A stretch of DNA of 64,000 nt from Ophelia neglecta (lineage: Eukaryota). The DNA lies in NCBI GenBank assembly GCA_965285935.1, contig OZ260662.1, positions 110,298,001 through 110,362,000 on the forward strand, given 5' to 3'. Shown here in pieces: positions 59,341-64,000 of the stretch (positions within the stretch are counted from its first letter, which is position 1; the number at the start of each line of letters is the position of its first letter). The notes below the pieces were generated by a model. That model was not told where the DNA came from. It did no database searches and was given only the letters and a program-made list of their open reading frames with translations. Position numbers and translations under genes: made by a program.

Positions 59341-61315
59341 TTAAAACGGATTTTTAAAAACATATGGTTAAGTTTGATCCAGTCTGAGGTTGAGATTTAG
59401 TTAACAAGTGGTTGGAATGAATATGTTCTTCATCTTAATAAGTGCATTTTATCTTATAAATATACACTATGAATATTACTGTAACTTTCAGTCATTCATA
59501 CTTGTAGGACTTCCATGAATACGGCGATCGCACAATTTTAATCAAATGCTTATTTATTTCTGAATGATTATATAACTAAGTATTATAACAATAATAACAG
59601 TAAAAGTTTTATTCTTTAAATGAGTTTGGCATAACTAACTTGTGTCATTAATAGGCGTTAAATTATTGAAAGTGTTCCTTGATTTGTTGGATAACCAGCA
59701 GCCACAAATATTAAATTACATTCATTCAAACAAAATATATACCCTAAATGCAGATATCTTACAGTAGGCCATTGCATTAATTAAATTACCCGCATTTGCA
59801 TTTCCTAGTCAATCGATTCCTCTTCTAAGTTGCAGATGTGCAAACACGTGTAAATGTGTGGATATAGGTGTAATATAGGATACTGACTCACAGGATTAAA
59901 ACACTTATTTATATACTGGCTGCCAGAGTACTCAGTGGCCCGGTAAAAACCCCACAGACATAGCGTGTACACTGGAGTGGACTTGTTTGCCAGTTTTCAT
60001 GTAAGGATCGAGTACTACATAACTTAGTGTCACTGCATAAATAAATATATAAAATCAATTTATAAAAGGTAAAATACTTATGGTTTTACTTTTAATATAA
60101 GGTAAACATAAATCACTGTAATAAAACTGAACTACTTTAATATTAAATGTAGGCCCCATTTTGACCTGTCGGCGCTGCCAATCTTTGGATTACCGAGGAG
60201 GACCGAACAAGGTCCCCTTAAGCATAATTATGAGAAATTGTCAAAACGCGCATTAGGTTTTCTATAAGCCACCATCATAACATTTTATTTTTTCGTCATG
60301 TTCGAAACATTCGTCCAGTATCAAGTCATAAATCAGACAAATATCGGTGTAAGTAATGGTCACTATTATGACCAATTAGCTTGCACGGTGTAAATAGGTC
60401 TTTAACACTACCCTATGTCACTTCAAAAACAGGCACTTGACTTTAACTACCCGGTTGTTCATGGCACCACGTAAAATATTTCGCCAGAAATGTGACAATT
60501 GTCTCATATATTACCCCATAGACGTGAATTAACTAATGGACTTGAGTTCAGAAATCCAAACCTGTCCACAACTAGATTTGATATCAGAAAATTCGAGAAA
60601 AAAAAAGCCGGGCCATGATTGGATATTTAATGGCGAATTAATCCCTAAACATACAGATAGGTATTTTCCTGGCCTCCCAACAAGATTACTTACCGTCTGT
60701 ACATCATGTACATGTACAGTACGAATACTGTAAAAGTTTAGATTTGGCTTGGATTAATTTGGGAATCTTTCAGACTTAACAGTGAGACTATTGCAACTAG
60801 TAATTTTTTTTGTCACAATCAAGAGTTATGATATAAATGAAATTTTGGTCAAATAAGGACTTAAGAATGAATCTGGGCATGTTCTAAAACTTGACTGGGT
60901 TAATATGTGTATTTGACATTTTGAACTTGCATTTTAAATTATTTGGTATATATGTGTATTAATCAACAACATAATATGATGAACCCACTCTAATCTAACG
61001 GTAAAAATGTATGCCTGCATTTAAATTCGGGAATTTCACAAAATACACCTTGGGTCGCAAAATAAAAACTCCCAAATATCGTTTCACATGTACATGTAGA
61101 GCTTATATATAACTATTGGCACGAAATGAAAAACTTGTGGTGTGTCATTTTTTGCCAAAACGCGAAATTAATCTTGGCCGAACACTTTAAACGTTTTTCC
61201 CAAAAATAAGGATACTGTCTGGCCATTCTGAGTCGGGACAAAACCGTCGAAATGCAGCCTGGAAATTTCATGTTAAATAACAACATTTGAGAAAATGAAT
61301 TAAAATTGGATTTGT

Positions 61316-64000
61316 ATTATTTGTTATTTATTTTATTTATTTATTTATTTATTTAATGACATTTATATAGCGCATTGTTTCATATAAAAATACAACATGT
61401 TCACAAGCGCTGTACAATAGATTAAGATAAGAATAAAAGAAAAATAAAGTAAAAGATAAAATAGTTAGAAGGTCTAAAACTGGCAAAAATGAAAATACAT
61501 GCAAGATTATAAATTAAGAATATGCACATTTAAAAAGGAATGTCTTCAGGTTTTTCTTAAAAGCACCAAAATTAGGGGACAGTTTGACTTCTGCAGGTAG
61601 TTTATTCCACCACCGGGGCGCGCAAACAGCAAATGATCGGTCCCCAGCAGTGGACAAGTGAGACACAGGCTCAACCAGCAGCACTTGGCTAGCCGATCTA
61701 AGACTTCGACTAGGGTTGTAAGGCACAAGGAAAGGTTTAAAATAGGCAGGCCCTGAGTTATTCAAAACCTTAAAAACTAGACATAGGATTTTAAATTTCA
61801 CTCTGAACTCAATGGGGAGCCAATGCAGTTCAAACATAATTTGAGTTATGGAATCATCCCTCCCAGCACGAACAATGAGTCTTGCAGCACGGTGATGGAC
61901 CATTTGAAGTCTGTGTGCAAGGGATTGGGTGATGTTGCACAGCAAGCCATTACAGTAATCTAGTCGGGAGATCACAAGACTCTGGACTAGTTGTTGAGCA
62001 GTTTCTCTTGTGAGCCGGGATCTAACACGACCTATGTTCCTTAGATGGAAACTAGCAGACCTGATGGTCTTGCTAACAAACTCAGACATCTTAAGCTTCT
62101 GGTCGAATACAGCACCCAGATTACCGATAGCATCAGCTGCCACTGACACACTAGTGCCAGCTACAGAGAGGGACCTGATGTTGAGCAGCTTGAGTCGCCT
62201 CTCAGTTCCAACTCGGTTTTCTCGGCATTTAGCTTGAGCTTATTAGCAGTCATCCACGAATGTATATCACTAAGACAGGATTCCAAACTTTCCAGCGCAA
62301 GATGAACATTATCGCTATTCTTGAGTTCATTGATTCGAAGATAGACTTGTGTGTCGTCAGCATATCCATGTGTTTCGAGTCCACGGGATATCACAAGACG
62401 GTGCAATGGTAGCAGGTACACTAAGAAAAGCAGTGGGCCAAGCACTGACCCCTGCGGAACAGAGCACGAAAGAGACGTGGGGAGTGACAATGCGTCACCA
62501 ATTTTCACTCTTTGGGAGCGGCCAGTCAGGTAAGATCTGAACCATTCCAGTGCTGTTCCGTGTACACCCAACACAGTCCTCATCCTGTCCAGGAGAACCG
62601 CATGGTCGATCGTGTCGAACGCTGCACTTAGGTCCAGTAACACCAGTACAGCGACACCATGATTATCAATTGTAGACAGAAGATCATTCTGCACTTTGAT
62701 AAGCGCAGTCTCTGTACTATGACCACTTTTATAAGCAGACTGAAAAGGGTCATGCAAGCTGTATTCATTCATGTACTTGTTTAGTGTAGAAGCTACAATC
62801 CGCTCAAGTACCTTTGAGAGAAATGTAAGGTTGCTCACAGGTCTGTAGTTCTTTAACAGCTCAGGGTCGAGTGATGGCTTTTTAAGCAAGGGAGTTACTA
62901 CAGCTCCCTTCATATAGTCAGGAAACACACATGTAGAAAGAGAAGAGTTCACCACTGCTGTAGCGAGCGGGACAAGCGAGTCTATGACCTCCTTAACCAT
63001 CCAGGTTGGCATTGGATCTACCGAACAACACTTGCTGGGGGCAGCACAGATAACTTTTCGGATCTCTTCATGGGTGGCCGGCTCAAAAAATGACAATGAG
63101 CCAGGTGGAGGAGGGACCACAATAGCAGGACAGTTGTTAACAACAGGAAGTCCTGTCCTAATTTTCTCAATCTTTGTGTGGAAGAAATCAACAAAACGAT
63201 TGGCCAGGTCTTCAGAAGAAGAGTGACAGGGCAGCTTTACCTCCTCCTTACGCTGCATAATTCTGTCTAACACACTCTTCAGCTTACGAGAGTCTGAGCC
63301 AGAGTCCTGTATTTGTTGAAGTAAGTATTTAGTTTTGGCCTTATCCAACATGTTGTTGTACTTGGTGGCAAGTTCTCTGTAGATCTGTTTGTGCACCGTG
63401 AGATTAGACTTCTCCCAGCGACGCTGAGCACTACGCTTGGCGCATTTAGCCCTGTGCAATTCATCACTGAACCAGGGCTGTGAAGGACGAATTGTGACAG
63501 TACGGCACCTGACTGGGGCGTGGCTGTCAAGTATGTCAGACATTATACTGTTGTAGCTGTCTGTGAGAGATGACGGTGATGGGTCAGTCAGTGACACTGT
63601 GGAACAAGCTGACGTCACGTCAGCGGACACCATATCCAGATTGATCCCACGGAGCTTTCTGGTGGATACAGTAACCCGTTGTGTAGCAGGCCTGGGATAA
63701 GAAACAGTACACCGAATAAAATGATGATCAGAAATAAGATCACTCACTTTAACATTTTTAAGAAAGTCAGCATTGTCCCTGGTTATAACAACATCAAGGA
63801 TATGACCCGACTGGTGCGTTGGGCTGGTTACATGCTGCTTATAGTTCAGGGAATGTATTAAGTTCCTGAAATTGCTGGCATCAGTATCATTTAACTTATC
63901 CAAGTGAAAGTTGAGATCTCCCATCAATAGGAAATCACCAGCACTGCTCATCCTATCATGGAGGAAAGGTGAGAATTCATTGAAGAATTGTGCGGAAGTA
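61316..64000 (-). mobile_element. L2-clade LINE, near-intact ORF2 (EN C-part + RT), runs off the window end
   Basis: GDLNFH, THQSGHILD, SDH; NYRPVSNL, LDLSAAFDTIDH, VPQGSVLGP, YADD; a single frameshift at ~62208; L2 3' end AGCGC...TGCGCTATATAA and an (ATAA)n tail. Confidence 0.95.

Noticed and set aside
61222-61260. Possible minimal hammerhead ribozyme (CTGAG...CGAAA)
   Set aside because: The core is CTGAGTC, not CUGANGA, and the stems are not convincing

Overview
AT-rich, intron-containing eukaryotic DNA from an animal genome; the repeat families and gene content suggest a marine invertebrate (inference, species not determinable). There is no rRNA, intact tRNA or CRISPR array, and there is an assembly gap at 39250-39482. 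Host genes: (1) an intronless NHL-repeat beta-propeller ORF (4960-5889, -); (2) a three-exon secreted signal peptide-kringle-PAN/apple gene (9379-18332, +) that I assembled from splice sites; (3) an intronless ankyrin + 6TM TRPV-like channel (22668-24545, +); (4) a tandem pair of ER-targeted 2OG-Fe(II) oxygenase genes (-), one intact (30974-32713, 505 aa, signal peptide ... KDEL) and one pseudogene (25610-27193), separated by a 23 x 47-bp minisatellite; (5) scattered minus-strand exons at 44.7-57.5 kb (coiled-coil repeat, possible ricin-type lectin, laminin IV-like). The rest is rich in mobile elements: two L2 LINEs, an I/Nimb-like LINE, a decayed Ngaro/DIRS element, a Gypsy-like 3' LTR, and several MITEs with readable TIRs and TSDs. 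The most interesting system is the ER-resident thioredoxin-like / VHL-beta-like / 2OG-oxygenase family. Its catalytic signature is one I associate mainly with diatoms/stramenopiles, bacteria and cyanophages rather than with animal prolyl hydroxylases. All family assignments come from motif recognition by eye; no searches were run.
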